This document shows positions 37,286 to 49,477 of a stretch of 64,000 nucleotides of DNA, one piece after another. This DNA comes from Felis catus (taxonomy: Eukaryota). The stretch spans positions 2,046,001 to 2,110,000 of the forward strand of contig NC_058376.1 in the NCBI RefSeq assembly GCF_018350175.1. Direction: 5' to 3'. Positions within the stretch are counted from its first letter, which is position 1; each line of letters starts with the position of its first letter. A program made the translations under genes and the position numbers. The notes beneath the pieces are model-generated. The model had not been told where the DNA came from. It saw nothing but the letters and a program-made list of their open reading frames with translations, and made no database searches.

Positions 37286-39090
37286 AGGAAAATACACCTG
37301 GGTTTACCCAATCGCGTGTCCAATTTAAAACCATCATCCACCCTCACTGCAGGCCAACCTGGGGACTTGGGGCCCCATGGCGGGAGGTGGCCCCTGGTTC
37401 CAGGGCTTTAGAACAGAGTCTACAAGAGGAGCCCCCAGTCCCAGCCGTGCAGGAACCCTGGCGGTGCACGTCCTGTCCTCCCCATGGAGCCCAGCTGGGG
37501 GCGCCCTCCACGCAGGGGTCTTCTGCCCAGGAGCCCACCCACCAGGGACGGCCCCCGAGTGTCCAGATGGCCCATCCCCACCACTGGGCCACCCAAGGGA
37601 GCGACCCCAAAGCCCAAAGTGGAGGCAGGCTGGGGCACCAGGAAGCCATGAGTTATCAGGCGTCCCCTCCTAGGGTCAGGTTGGGGGTGGGACTCTGGGC
37701 TCCACGAGGCACATCCACGGTAAGGCTGGGGACCAAGGGAGCAGGAAGCCTCCCCCAGCCCAACCAGAGCAGCTGGGCAGGGAGACCAGGCTCCCCGAAG
37801 GGTTCCATGAGCCTCTCACGGCCCCTCGTCACCCCTCTGGCCCTCGGGCCTCCCTAGAAGCCAGACCCCTTCCACCAACTCCCATGGGAAGGAAGGGCGG
37901 CCCCGTCACCACCCTGAGCTAGGGTGGCTGCTCCAACCTCCTGCCCCATGGGGAGCCCTGGAGTCACCCTGCCCTGACCCCCAGACCTTGTGACGTGTTA
38001 CCTCCTACGGTAAACGGGCTTCACAGACTGGAATGTGTATGTGCATGAAGAGCTTTGAAGGTCCCTTGTTTGGGGATCACAGTGAGAGCCAAGGGACACC
38101 CACGTTCCATAAGGCTGTGACCCCACTACCCCTGAGACTGGCCAGCCAAGGCACCCCCTTTGTCGTGTACCTGACACTGTCACCACGGATTCTCCCTGGG
38201 AGGCCAGCTAGACCCTGCCCCACCCCGGCAGATTTAAGACGGAAGTAAATGCCCACTGGTGCAGGGCTGGGGCCGCTCAGCCGTGGGGCCCTTGGGGGCG
38301 TCCAGCGGGACGCACTCACACGTGGCAGCGAGGAAGGGGGTGGGCCCTGGCAGGGTGTCGTTAAGGGGTCCCTCAAGGGGAGGGGAAAGAGGGGAGACAA
38401 TGATTGTAGCCCGGGAGAACAGAGGGCTCCCGGGGACCAGGGGGGGAGCGCACGAGCAGGAAGGAGCTTCGTGGCCCCGGAGTTTAGGGACCCGGTGGTC
38501 TTCCTTGGAGGGAGGCGTGCGCTCTGGGACACCCCCGGAAAGGCCAGGAAGGCCTGGCAGCCGGACTCTGGCTCAGGGTACGAGGGAGAGGAACTTCTGG
38601 TGCGTCCAGGGTCCTCAACAAGGGCAGGGAGGGAAGGAGCCCCCACACCCCGCGCACTCCCTGAAGAGCCACGTTTGGGTGGAATCCAGGCTCTCTGGGC
38701 TCATTCTGGCCTAAGAGGAAATGTCGAGTTCCCTGGCAGGGGACAGGCCCCCACAAAGCCAAGGCCTCCCTCACAGCACGGAGGCGCACCCACAGGACCC
38801 CGGCACGCCGCCCCCACACCTGTAGCGGGTCACCTCCATCGGGCAAACCCACAGGTGGTGAGCTCCTTGGGTGGTGGCCCCCCTCTCCCCACCACATGCA
38901 CCCTGGGCGGGTGGGGCCCCTGCCCGGCTGGTCAGCCGGCAGCAGCACCTACCTTCGTCCCTGGGAGTGTCAGGCTGCGGGAGGCGGCCCTGGGCCCTGC
39001 CCCCATCCCTGCACACCTGATGTGGACGGGGGGCAGAGAAGTGGGGGGTTTGGGTGCGGGAGGGTATCTGGAAGCTGACAGCTGTTTCTT

Positions 39091-39096
39091 TTTAAT
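39091..39096 (-). terminator. Candidate LRRC3 poly(A) signal ATTAAA (alternative at 39251-39256)
   Basis: tttaat on + strand, about 1.4 kb after the stop, at the edge of an AT-richer segment. Confidence 0.25.
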
Positions 39097-40496
39097 GCAC
39101 CATAACTGAAAAAATCATGACCTCGTTTGGACGAGCCTTTTGGGTCTCAGCCGGGGAATCTGAATCTCTGAATCAACACTCAGACAGGATCCCGTGTTCG
39201 TGTCCCATGTCAGATCATGTGACGCTTTCCGAGTACAGACCACCCTCTATTTTAATCCTTTCTAAGCATCTGCTCGATGAAACTTGTACCCTTTATACCT
39301 CAAGTTCATGAGCAATGTGTCCCAATTTTGTCTCCCCCCCCCAATATTTGAAGCAATTTAAAAATAAATACTCATACAAAAGACATCAAAAAATAAAACT
39401 GGGAAGACGGATCACAGTTACACAGGTGGAGGTAATGTCTGCCCCAAACATAAAGTTGTACAGGAATTAGCTCTGAGATTCCTGGTGGCAAAGGTGGAGA
39501 GAGAGGCAGAGAGACAGAGAGAGGAAGGGACAGACTTCCTGTTGCTAGAGAAAGGTAGCATCCCGTTGACTGGCCTTGAGACACCAAATCCCAGTCCTCC
39601 TGTCCTGGAGAAGGACCTGCTTTAGGCATCAGTGAGTAGAAAAGCAAGGCACAGTATCGACCCAGGATGACGGGCCTTCCCCCAAACCAGGCTCGGACAG
39701 TGGCGGGACCGAGGGCAGGGACGCACCGGTCTGGCTGCGGACACTGCCCTCCTTGACGATCCACCCTGGACCTTTTTCGGGCTTCTGTCCATGGTTTTCT
39801 CGGGTTTTGATTTTTACGATTTCTCCCCCTCTCCCCGGAGTGAAATTTCAGTACAAACGTTACTCTTAACAAACATTCTGAGAATAAACAAAGCTGTTCA
39901 AAGGTTAGTTTGAACTACGCTTTTTCACTTACCTCTCGAGAAAAACCTGGTCTCTACTACTTTGCTCTGGAAAGAGTTCTGCGGTCAGATGTGCTCAGGA
40001 ACCGCTACTCGGGGGCAAGGCAACCCAGTTCTGCGGCGTAGGACTCTGCCTCCAACAGACCAGTCCGCACCCCACCCTCTGCGGGCTGACCTCACGCTCC
40101 CAGGCGCGAGCCCATTCTTCTCTGAACGCTGTTCACACCCTACGGACGCCACGGGGAAGCGGCCAGCTGAGTGCAAGGGACATGGAACGTCACGACAGGC
40201 GGCCCGGTGTTAAGTCCCGACTGGGTCGTTTCCCAACTGTGTCGTGGCGGGCGATGCCGTTTCTCCAAGCTTTGGTTTCCTGGCCCGTCAAGCGGGCCCG
40301 ACGGTAACATGTTGGACTTGAAAGGCGGCGTGGTGACTAAAACACAACACGAGAGAGGGTTCTGGAAGGGTGGGGTGCTGCACAGAAGGGCTGTGGGGAC
40401 CTGCCGCTCAGGGGTCTTGCAAGCAGGAGTCAGTCACCATCCTCTACAAAAGTGCTGGGGGACAGGCGGGCAGCGCGCTGCTCCGGCCAGTGGGCA

Positions 40497-41270
40497 CTAG
40501 GGCGTGGGGCCGACGGGGTCCTTGGACGCGGGGGCGCTGGGCAGGGACTTCAGGTACTCCAGGTGCTTCCTGGCGTCCTCCTGGTTCTGGCGCACGTAGT
40601 ACACGACGTAGGCGATCACCATGGTGAACCAGCCGAACATGGTGACCAGCATGGCCACGTCGGTGGTCTTGTGGTGGGTGCTGCAGAAGCTGACGCCGGA
40701 GTCGAGCGCCTGGATGAGCGGCTTGCCCACGTACTCGTCCCGCACGGCCGTGTGGCAGGCGATCTCGTCCACCGACTCGGGGTCCAGCTTCAGCTCCCAC
40801 AGCGCCTCCTGCAGCGCACACTCGCAGTGCAGGGGGTTGTGGGACAGGCGGATCTTGGCGCTGAGCTTGCCCAGGGCATCCTTGGGAATCCTGCGGATGC
40901 GGTTATGAGACAGGTCCAGCAGCCGCAGGCCCCCGGCCAGGCCCGAGAAGGCAGCGGGGCCGATGGTCTCGATGGTGTTCTGGGACAAGTCCAGCTCTCT
41001 CAGCTGGTTCAGGTGCTGGAAGGCCCCGTTGGGGATGTGGGCGATCTTGTTGGCATCAAGCTTCAGGAGCACGGCGTCGGCAGGGATGTCCTTGGGGATC
41101 TCCTGCAGGCCCCTCGCGCTGCAGTGGACGGCCACGGCCCCAGCGTGGTCAGGGCACTGGCAGCCCTGTGGGCAGGAAGCGCCCAAGCGCAGGCAGAAGA
41201 GGAGGAGGAGGCAAGACCCTCCCGTGGGGCCCGGTGGGGCTGCGGGGCTCTGCTTGCCCACGGGGCCCAT
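40497..41270 (-). CDS. LRRC3: Leucine-rich repeat-containing protein 3 (257 aa, single coding exon)
   Basis: Starts MGPVGKQSP in a strong Kozak context (AGCATGG). Contains a signal peptide, LRRNT (CPQGCQCPD), LRRs (LKLDANKI, LRELDLSQN, LRLLDLSHN), LRRCT (NPLHCEC), a TM helix (VAMLVTMFGWFTMVIAYVVYYV) and tail RQNQEDARKHLEYLKSLP. TAG at 40497-40499. Position between TRPM2 and TSPEAR is as in human. Confidence 0.97.
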   Translation of the reverse strand: MGPVGKQSPAAPPGPTGGSCLLLLFCLRLGASCPQGCQCPDHAGAVAVHCSARGLQEIPKDIPADAVLLKLDANKIAHIPNGAFQHLNQLRELDLSQNTIETIGPAAFSGLAGGLRLLDLSHNRIRRIPKDALGKLSAKIRLSHNPLHCECALQEALWELKLDPESVDEIACHTAVRDEYVGKPLIQALDSGVSFCSTHHKTTDVAMLVTMFGWFTMVIAYVVYYVRQNQEDARKHLEYLKSLPSAPASKDPVGPTP

Positions 41271-41428
41271 GCTGAGCACGCCTGGGGACACACCACAGCG
41301 TCCGCTCACTCAGTGCCGCAGAGCTGCGTTTTTCCCCACTCCCCCGGCCGCCGCTGCGCAAGCGACCATCGGACACACACACGAACTCTCGTTCCTCGCG
41401 TGCCAGGAAAAGCGGGGTTCTGTCAGTT
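41271..41428 (-). other. LRRC3: LRRC3 exon 2, 5' UTR portion
   Basis: Minus-strand acceptor gctgctctcttttag| with AG at 41430-41429, 158 nt upstream of the ATG. Confidence 0.65.
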
Positions 41429-41849
41429 CTAAAAGAGAGCAGCAAGCGGCATCAGTGACCGTGCTCCAGCAGGGAACCCCGGAGCGCTCTGACTTTGGGG
41501 GCATGTCACGGGCACACTGAAGCATCTGACCAGCGGGGGTCTCTGTAACTTATTTCCAGGGATTCCCAACGCCACCCAGAAGAGCAAGGACAGGTCGTGC
41601 CGACCGCTGGCTGGGTCCAGGAACCCTGGACACACCCACTGCACACCTAGGGGACCAGGGGCTTGCCCGGCCCGGCGAGGGTCCACCGCCCCCCAGCTGC
41701 TCAAGGCTAGAAACCGAGAGGACCGGGCTGCAGGGTTCTCTTAAGAAACCGTAATGCAGGGCGGCCGGATGAGCCACCGACTGGCGGCGCTCCCTCTGAC
41801 AGCCCTCGGGGAAGTGTAGTAAGAGCTAAAGGTCCTCTTTGTCAGCCCC

Positions 41850-42950
41850 GACAGGACGGAGCACGCGGCAGCGGGGGCGGCGCCTTTTTATTTCAGTTGT
41901 GTTAGAGAAAGAAGGAAACCGAGAACAGAAAAGCCAAGCCCTGGGCGCGCGGCCGCGCTGGGGCGTGGAGTGGCGGCGCCGCGCGCCGGGCCTGGCGGGC
42001 GGGGCCCGGACCCCGCGACCCCCGCGACCCCCGCGACCCCCGGGGCGGGGGCTTTACCTGCGCGGCCGCCTCCGGACACCGTTCTGCGCGACGCTCCCGG
42101 CCGCTCGAGCCCGACCCGAGCCACACCCCGGTGCGGAGGCGACCCCGGGCCTGCGCCCACCTCTGCGGCCGCTCGGGACGCGCGCGGCTCTGCCTGCGGC
42201 TCCGCGAGGCGGGGCCTGGGGCGGGGGCGGGGCCTGAGGACGAGGGGCAGGGCCTGTGGGCGGGGCTGCAAGGGCGAGACGGGGTGGGGCCTGTGGGCGA
42301 GGCCTGCGGTGGGGGCGGAGCTGCAAGGGCAGGAAGGCGTGGAGCCGGGGGTAGGGCGGGGCTGGAGGCGGGGCTGTAAGGAGAGGTGGGGCGGGGCCTG
42401 GGAGCGGCGAGGGGGCGGGGCTGTGAGGCACCATGGGGCGGGACCTGGGCGGAGTCTTGGATGGGGCGGGTTGGGGGCGGGGCTGTACTGCATCGTGGGG
42501 TGGGGTCTGGGGCGGGGTCTGAGGCCGTGGTGGGGCGGGGCGGGCCTTAAGGCAGAATCTGGGATGAGGCGGGGATTGAGGCGGAGGAGGGGCGGAGCAG
42601 GGCTCGGACGGAGTCCGCAGAGGGGTGGGGCCAGGGCAAAGAGGGGCCTGTGGGGCAGGGGCGGGGCCTGGGCGGAGTCTGGGGTCTGTTGGGGGGAGGT
42701 GGCGCCGTTAGACCGGAGGTGGGGCGGGGTCTCGGAGGCTGTGGGCGGGGCTGAGGGCGGGCCGTAGGGCCGCAGACCCAGTCCCTGCCATGCCGCCCGG
42801 CTCTGAGGCTGGGGGCGGTGGGTGTCGGGCGGAGACCGAAAAAGCGGTGCTTTTTCCCGCAGGTCCGCTGCCCGCGGCCCCCGAGGCTGGTTAGTGACGT
42901 TGGGTCTCCGCCCGGCTGGGTCCTGCCCCAGCCCCCACCCTCTCATGTCC
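41850..42950. promoter_or_regulatory. LRRC3 CpG-island promoter with GC-box (Sp/KLF) array
   Basis: Very high CpG density; roughly twenty GGGCGG/GGGGCGGGG motifs at 42205-42765; no TATA box seen. Confidence 0.85.
42058..42205 (-). other. LRRC3: LRRC3 non-coding exon 1 (TSS approximate)
   Basis: Minus-strand donor CAG|GTAAAG at 42057. CpG-dense segment directly downstream of the GC-box array. Confidence 0.6.
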
Positions 42951-43589
42951 TGGCGAAGGAATGTGGGGGTGGGGTCTAGCGTTTAAGCTGGATCAGAGCC
43001 CTCTCCGGGGTTTCAAAAGCATCTTTATTGTGGTGTAATGACACACGTATTTGCATTCGCTGTGTTTGACACCTGCATGCACGCGTGAAGCCATCACCAC
43101 GAATAATGCAATAAATAGCCCAGAGTTTCCCCTTTCCCTCCAGCCCCCTCCCCAGGCAAGTACCTGCTGAGCCCAGTCCATGAGCTCGCGCTTGCTGGAA
43201 CTTGTATAGGCGGAGTCTAGCTCATTTCTCTCTGCATTCCTGGTACTGCAGCAGTCGATGGTTATTCCTTTGTAGGAGCACGTAATATGAATGTGCCATG
43301 CTGTATATGCCCACGTATGTCTCTTATCCATCTTGAGTTAGTTTGGGTACATGGCGTGAGATATAATTCAAGTCTGTTTTTTTTCTACGTGTGGATATTC
43401 AGTTTCCAGGGCTGTTTGTTGAAGTAACCGTCCCTTCTCAGCTGAAGTGCCTGTGACCCTCTGTTGAATATCAGTGGTCCTAAATGTGTGTGAGTCTCCT
43501 TCCGTGCTCTCTGCGTTCCATTGGTCTGTTTGCCTATTTTTATGCCAATTGTCCAAGCTGTCTTTATTGCTGTGGCTTTATAACAGTTC

Positions 43590-43772
43590 TTTTTTTTAAT
43601 GTTTATTTTTGAGAGAGATAGAGACAGGGCACAAGCAGGGGAGGGACAGAGAGACAGGTTAGACACATAATCTAAAGCAGGCTCCAGGCTCCAAGCTGTC
43701 AGCACAGAGCCCAATGCTGGGCTCAAACACGTGAAGTTGGACGCTTAACCAACTGAGCCACCCAGGCGCCCC
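43590..43772 (-). mobile_element. Can-SINE with internal deletion, inserted in L1
   Basis: SINEC body; imperfect TSD TTTATAACAGTTC / TTTATAATGGTTC. Confidence 0.9.
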
Positions 43773-44497
43773 TTTATAATGGTTCTTGAATCAGGTAGTG
43801 TAAATCTCCCAGCTTTGTTCCTTCATATTCTTTTGGTCATCTAGATCTTTCGCACTCCCTCATGAATTTTAGAACCAATTTACCAACTTCCACCAAAAAA
43901 ACCTATTGCGTTTTGTTTGGGATTCCACTGAATCCATAGATCAGTTTGAGAGAATTAATATCTTGACAATATTGAGTCTTTCAGTCCATGAACATGGTAT
44001 ATCTTCTCATTTATTTAGAACTGCTTTTGTTTCTTTCAGTTGTATTTTGTAGTTTTTGGTTTACGTATCTTGCACATCTCTTGTCATACTTATTTCTGAT
44101 AGTTTTATGTTATTGTAAATGGTATCTTCATTCTAATTTCTGTTTGTTAAATGATAGTATACAGAAATAAAAGTGATTTTTGTATACCAAACTTAACTTT
44201 GCTAAAATCACTTATTAGTTCCATTAACTTTTTCATACATATCTTAGGATTTTCTACATATACAATCATGTTATCTATAAATAAAAAGAGTATTCTTTCT
44301 TTCCAGTCTGCGTGCCTTTTACTTCAATCTGCGCCTAATTGCTTTGGCTAGAGCCTCTAGTTCAGTACTGAATAGGAGGACTGAGAGCAGATATCCTTGT
44401 CCATCCTGATCTTAGGGGGAAAGCAGTCAGTCTGTTAGGAATAACGTTGGTGGTAGATCTTTTGAAGCTGTTCATATCAATTAGAGGAAGTTTCCTT

Positions 44498-44950
44498 TGT
44501 GAAAATAGAGGAAACCTCTTGAAAATGGAGTCAGGATGTACCGAAGGGGTACTTTCACACATGTATCGCTGCTTGAAGCCTGCATCACCAGCAGGAAGAA
44601 GGAAGATAATTATCTTGTGAGGGAGGACATTTTTCCGATAGGAATTTAATCTCCTTTTAAGAAAAGGAAGGAAGATCCCTCCCTGCCCCAGCAACAACAC
44701 ACCTACCACCACTTCCTGCCAATCAGGAAATGTCACAACCTCGAACTCTTGTTCTTCTCCAATAAACTCCTGTTCAACACAACCCTCCCCAAGTTCCTCC
44801 TGCAACCTAATAAAAGCTGACCTTTCCTTTGTCTCTTCGGACTTGCATGTGGCTCACTGTAGTTTGCCGTGTTCCAAATTGCAATTCCTCTGTGCTTCCT
44901 GAATAAACTCATTTTGCCAGTAAAATAACTGGCTATTTTTAAGGTTGATA
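44498..44950 (+). mobile_element. Solo LTR (ERV1-like, 453 bp) inserted in L1
   Basis: Starts TGTGAAAATAGAGG...AAAATGGAGTC; internal CCAAT and AATAAA motifs; 4-bp TSD CCTT at 44494-44497 and 44951-44954. The L1 sequence rejoins cleanly across it. Confidence 0.75.
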
Positions 44951-46344
44951 CCTTCTATTTCTAGTTTGCTGAGCGTTTTTATCAGGAAGCATTTTGGATG
45001 TTGTCAAATAAATGTCTTTTCTTCACCCATTGAGAACCGTTTTTAAAATTGGTATGTTTATATGGAAGATTATATTAACAGATTTTCAAGTGTTAAGTGT
45101 TAAGTTAACCTTATGCCCTTGGAATAAATCCCACTTGGTTATGATGTATCACCATTTTTGTATGCTGTTGAATTATTTAATAGAGATAGAGCTGCTGAGG
45201 TTATTTTTTTTTTCCTTGACCGAATGTTGGTACTTCATCTCTCTCGAGGAATTGTCTGTTTCATCTGAATTAATTGATCAGCATAAAGCTACTCATAATG
45301 CTCCCTAGTTATCTTTTCAATACAGAGTATGAAGTGATGTCAATCCATTCTGATATGGGTAGTTTGCATCAGCTTTCTTTTCTTTTACTCATCAGTCAGT
45401 CAGGATAGAAGTTTATCAATTTTATTGACATTTTCAAAGAACCCATTTTTAGTTGCATTGATTTCTTTTTTTTTTTTTTATGTTTTCTTTCCCAACTGAC
45501 ATCCATTCTGATCTTTTGCTTACATCGGGTTTAATTTTCTCTTCAATTTTTTTTTTGTTTGTTTCTTACGGTGAAAGTTGAGCTCACTGGTTTGAGACTT
45601 TTCTTCTTCTCCAGTACAGGCATTTTAGTGCTATAAATTTTCCTCCAAGTCCTGCTTTAGCTACATCTCAGGATTTTGTAATGAAATTCACTAAGTTTGA
45701 AACACTTTCTAATTTACCTTTTAATTCCTTTTTTGACTCATGGACTTAGAAGTGTTTTCTTTTGTTTCCAGATATTTGGGGATTTTCTGAAGATCTTTCT
45801 GGTTTTGATTATTCATTTAAATCCATCATCAGAGAGCACACTCTGTATCCTTTGGGTCCTTTTAAATTTGTTGAGGTTCATTTATGGCCCAAAAAGTGGG
45901 CTGTGTTAATAATCGTTATATGTGTACTTAAATGTGTTCTATGGTTGCTCAGCGGAATGTTCTAGAAGTGTCAATGAGGTCAAGTCTGCTGATAGTGTGA
46001 ATCTAGTATTTTACATTATTGCTGATTTTCTATTTGTTTTATTAATTACTGAGAGACGGGTGTTGATGTCTCTGTGACTGTAGATTTGTCTGCTTTCCTT
46101 CAGTTCTACCAGTTTTTGCTTCTTGCATTTGAAGTCCTATATTCAGATTAATATGTATTTATTATTAATTGACCCTTTATCATTATGAAATAACCCTCTT
46201 TACCCCGAGATTTTTTGCCTTGACCTCGGTTTTGTCTGACACCAGCATAGTCACCATGGCCTCCTTGCGATTAGGTCAGCACAGGGGTCTGCTTCCATTG
46301 TCCCGCTTCCTTCGGGGTTTCTATAGCACCAAAGTGTCTTTCTC

Positions 46345-46720
46345 ACTACATTTGTTAACTACAAAGGGAAAAATAATGGTTTTACGGTAGAGAAGCCTGG
46401 CAGAAGCCACCCTACCTATGTGATCAAGGTTAACATCATCGGTAATAAGACAAGCCGGCGTCACTCAGCCCTTGATGTGATGGACCCAGAAACACACAAC
46501 ATCGCTTCTGTGACGTTCTTGCCAAAAATGCGTAATCTCACTGCACTGGTGAGAACACTTCAGACACACCCAAACTGAAAGACATGTTACAAGGTGACTG
46601 GTCTGTGAACTTCGTAAAAGACAGGAGGAAAAGACTGGGTCACTGTCACAGACCGGAGCAGACCACAGAGTGAGAAGAGCTAACTGCCATGCGGGTCCTG
46701 GGTCAGACAGGGACGTGGGG
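46345..46720 (+). mobile_element. L1MC/L1MD-like 3' UTR fragment
   Basis: AACTACAAAGGGAAAAATAA...GAGAAGCCTGGCAG...GTGATCAAGGTTAACATCA...CCCAAACTGAAAGACAT. Confidence 0.65.
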
Positions 46721-49262
46721 GAGGGCAGAACAGAATCAGGCCACGGCGTTTCCCGGCGGTGGTGTCCTGGCTGTGAGAACCCACACTCGGCGCTCGGGCT
46801 CTGGCCTGTCTTCCTCTGCTCTGCTCCCTTCTCCTCTCCCCCTGCCTCTGTTGGCAGTGAGTGTTATGATGGCGTCTTCCGTCCTGAGTTGACCCCAGCT
46901 GTAACTCTCTGCCACGTTACTTCAGTGGCTGCTCAGGGTGTCACGTCCAGCTGTCGCTGCTTACCACGGTGGTCCCTCGGGCCACGTTTGGCCACGTCAC
47001 GTGCAGTGGGTGCTGCGTGGCTGACACGGCATATACGTCCTCATGTGTAGGAACCCCACAACACGGGATTATTTCTGCTGTGAGCAGCCAGCTCTTTTTT
47101 AAAGAGATTAAAATCTTTAAAGATTAAAGAGACTTGAAGCTGCCAGCATGTTAGCGTATGGCAAATCAAAGAGAGGCTGGAAGGGAGCCCCAAGTTAAGG
47201 AATATCTTAATGTTTAAATTAAGCAAATTAAACGGGGTTACTACCAAAAAGTACGGTGCCGATGCAGGGGGATCCACAGACATTAAGCAGAGTGGGAGAG
47301 TCCAGACACTGTGAACTCACGCTGTGTGGTTCCACTTAGGGAACGTTCTAGTAGGGATGGGGCGGGGCGGGGGGGGGGGGGGGTTGCTCCTGGGCTGCAC
47401 GATCTGGATCTGGAGCTCAGTGCTGGTTGTTACCATAAGTAAAAACACATCGGGCCGCTCATAGTTAAGATTTGCCCAGATGACGAAGCGTATTCTGCCT
47501 CAATAACGTGCCACCCAGGTTTGCGCTTCAGGGACGGTCACAGGTGTCAGTGGTTCTGCACCAGTGGACAGACGGATGGATGGATTCAAGGTGCTCGTGT
47601 AAGGCTGTGTGGTGAGCGGTCTTCCTGGTCGCAGGCTGCCCTCACAGGAGGCTCTGGCTGCCGGCCAGACCCGGGCCACAGAGCCCTGAGAGAGTCTGGC
47701 TCTCCGTCCACTCCGGACCACCAGCCCCTGCTCTCAAAACACCAGAAACCTTCTAATGCTATCCTGGCCACGCGGACCGCCCTCTGTAGCTGCCCTTCCG
47801 ACTGTAATTGGGCTCAGGGCTGATTAGCTCACCCATTTATCCACCCAGAGTCCAGGCTTCCTGTCCCCAGGGATGCCAGGCAGCTGCACCAGCCGGCTAA
47901 TTGCTTCCCCATCAGGAAGGTGGTTTTGCTGGGCGAGTCTGAGAGCATCTCTCCGGGGACCAGCATGGAAGAGCCGAGCTCCCGGCAGCCGCGGGAGCCA
48001 GGACGAAACCAGGCCAAGGAGTGAAACATCTCGGTGAGGCCGGAGTGCCGCTCTGCTGTCTCGACCCCCTTGCTGGCCCGGGCTCAGCCCTCTCCGCCCC
48101 AGCCTCCAGGCCGCCCCAGGAGGCCCCAGCTCCTGCCCTGGCCCAGCCAGGGGACGCCCAGACAGAACCCCAGCTGGCTCACAGGAGGGGCTGCCACCGC
48201 ACCAAGGGAGAGGGCTGCAGGCTGCTGGTGGGGGACCCGAACAGGCAGGGCCAGGGGGCCAGCGGCCCTTCGAGAGCCCGGCCGGTGGATGGATTGCCAC
48301 ATTTTGTCTGCTTTGTCTGGACTGTCTTTTCCAAGAACCAATTTTTTAATGTATTCATCACACCATTGCTTTATTTTTTCCTCCTCCGTAAATCCTGACT
48401 TCGTTGGCCCCTGCATTTATGTCGTAGCCGTTTCTTGAGTTTCTTAAGTTATAACCCTAGATAATTCACTCTCAGTCTTCCAAGTGCAGCTAAGGTTAGA
48501 AACCTTCCCCCACGAGACTCTCCAGCCACAGCCGGCAGGTCGGGACACAAACATCCTGGCTGTCTCGCGCTGGTCTGCTCACGACTAACGGTGCGGGTCT
48601 CAGGCGGGGAGGAGGATGTGGAAGGGCACGTCCTCGCAGGGCGTGGTGGCCCCCTTGGGTTCCCTGGCCAATGCCCAGCTCCGGGTCCTCACCGGCCCCT
48701 CCCCGAGCAGGTGGGGGTGGCCCAGAGACCGAGCGCTGTGCAGAGTCGCAGGGACAGCGCCTGCTCTCCCGAGAGGCACGGCCATTCCCCACCAGTGCTC
48801 CCACCCAGGAAACAGGCAGCTTCAGAGTGAGGACAGAAGCCCCCCAGGGAGAAGGGAGACCAGAGGGACACATCATCCAGCGGTGCCCTGCCCTGGACGC
48901 CACCTCCTTGCCCTCCGAGCTGGTCAGGGGACCGGTCACTCAACATCCCAAGCACAGGCTCCTGGAGCCACTGGACATACTTTCTGTCCCTTCTGCTGTA
49001 CGTTTTTGTTCTAATGTGACTGTTCTAAGAGTGTGGAGCGTGTGGCCCCGTCCCAGAGCCGCCTTGGCAAAGTTGCTGAGATCTGCTCGGTGGTGTATAT
49101 AGAGCACGCCTGGTTTTTGTGAATGTCCTGTGTGTGTCTGAGAACCGTGTGTCTCCTCTGGGCCTCTTGCTGCTGCTATTGGGGTGGGGGGTACAGAGCC
49201 ATATACACACACATATATAAGCAGTGTATGCTTATGTATGTGTCACGTGTGTATGCATGCTA

Positions 49263-49477
49263 AAAATTGTTTTTAATGATTTATTTATTTTTGAGACAGA
49301 GAGACACAGAGCACGAGCAGGGGAGAGGCAGAGAGACAGGGAGACACAGAATCCAAAGCAAGCTCCGGGCTCCGAGCTGTCGGCCCAGAGCCTGACACGG
49401 GGCTCAAACCCACAAACTGTAGGATCACTACCTGAGCTGAAGTCGGACGCTCAACCGACTAAACCACCCAGGCGCCC
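49263..49477 (-). mobile_element. Can-SINE, followed by TA-rich low complexity to about 49680
   Basis: SINEC body; TSD TGTATGCATG on both sides. Confidence 0.92.

Larger units (their letters stand above)
43015..46300 (-). mobile_element. Old L1 (L1M-type ORF2/3' region), interrupted by a SINE and an LTR
   Basis: T-rich antisense L1 motifs (TTGACAATATTGAGTCTT, TCCTGATCTTAGGGGGAAAGC, GGAATAAATCCCACTTGGTTATGATG). The ORF 43385-43726 tail YKATAIKTAW is ORF2-like. Confidence 0.85.

Noticed and set aside
41270-41309. ORF-track LRRC3 start giving 270 aa
   Set aside because: It uses a GTG start. The ATG at 41270 has a strong Kozak context and gives the expected 257-aa protein.
40452-41432. 326-aa +strand ORF overlapping LRRC3
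   Set aside because: Antisense shadow of a GC3-rich CDS; no recognisable domain.
41888-42946. 352-aa Pro-rich ORF over the LRRC3 promoter
   Set aside because: Translation of the GC-box array.
46900-47050. Cluster of CACGT/E-box motifs
   Set aside because: It lies among decayed L1 fragments where CpG gain readily creates such motifs; no independent support.
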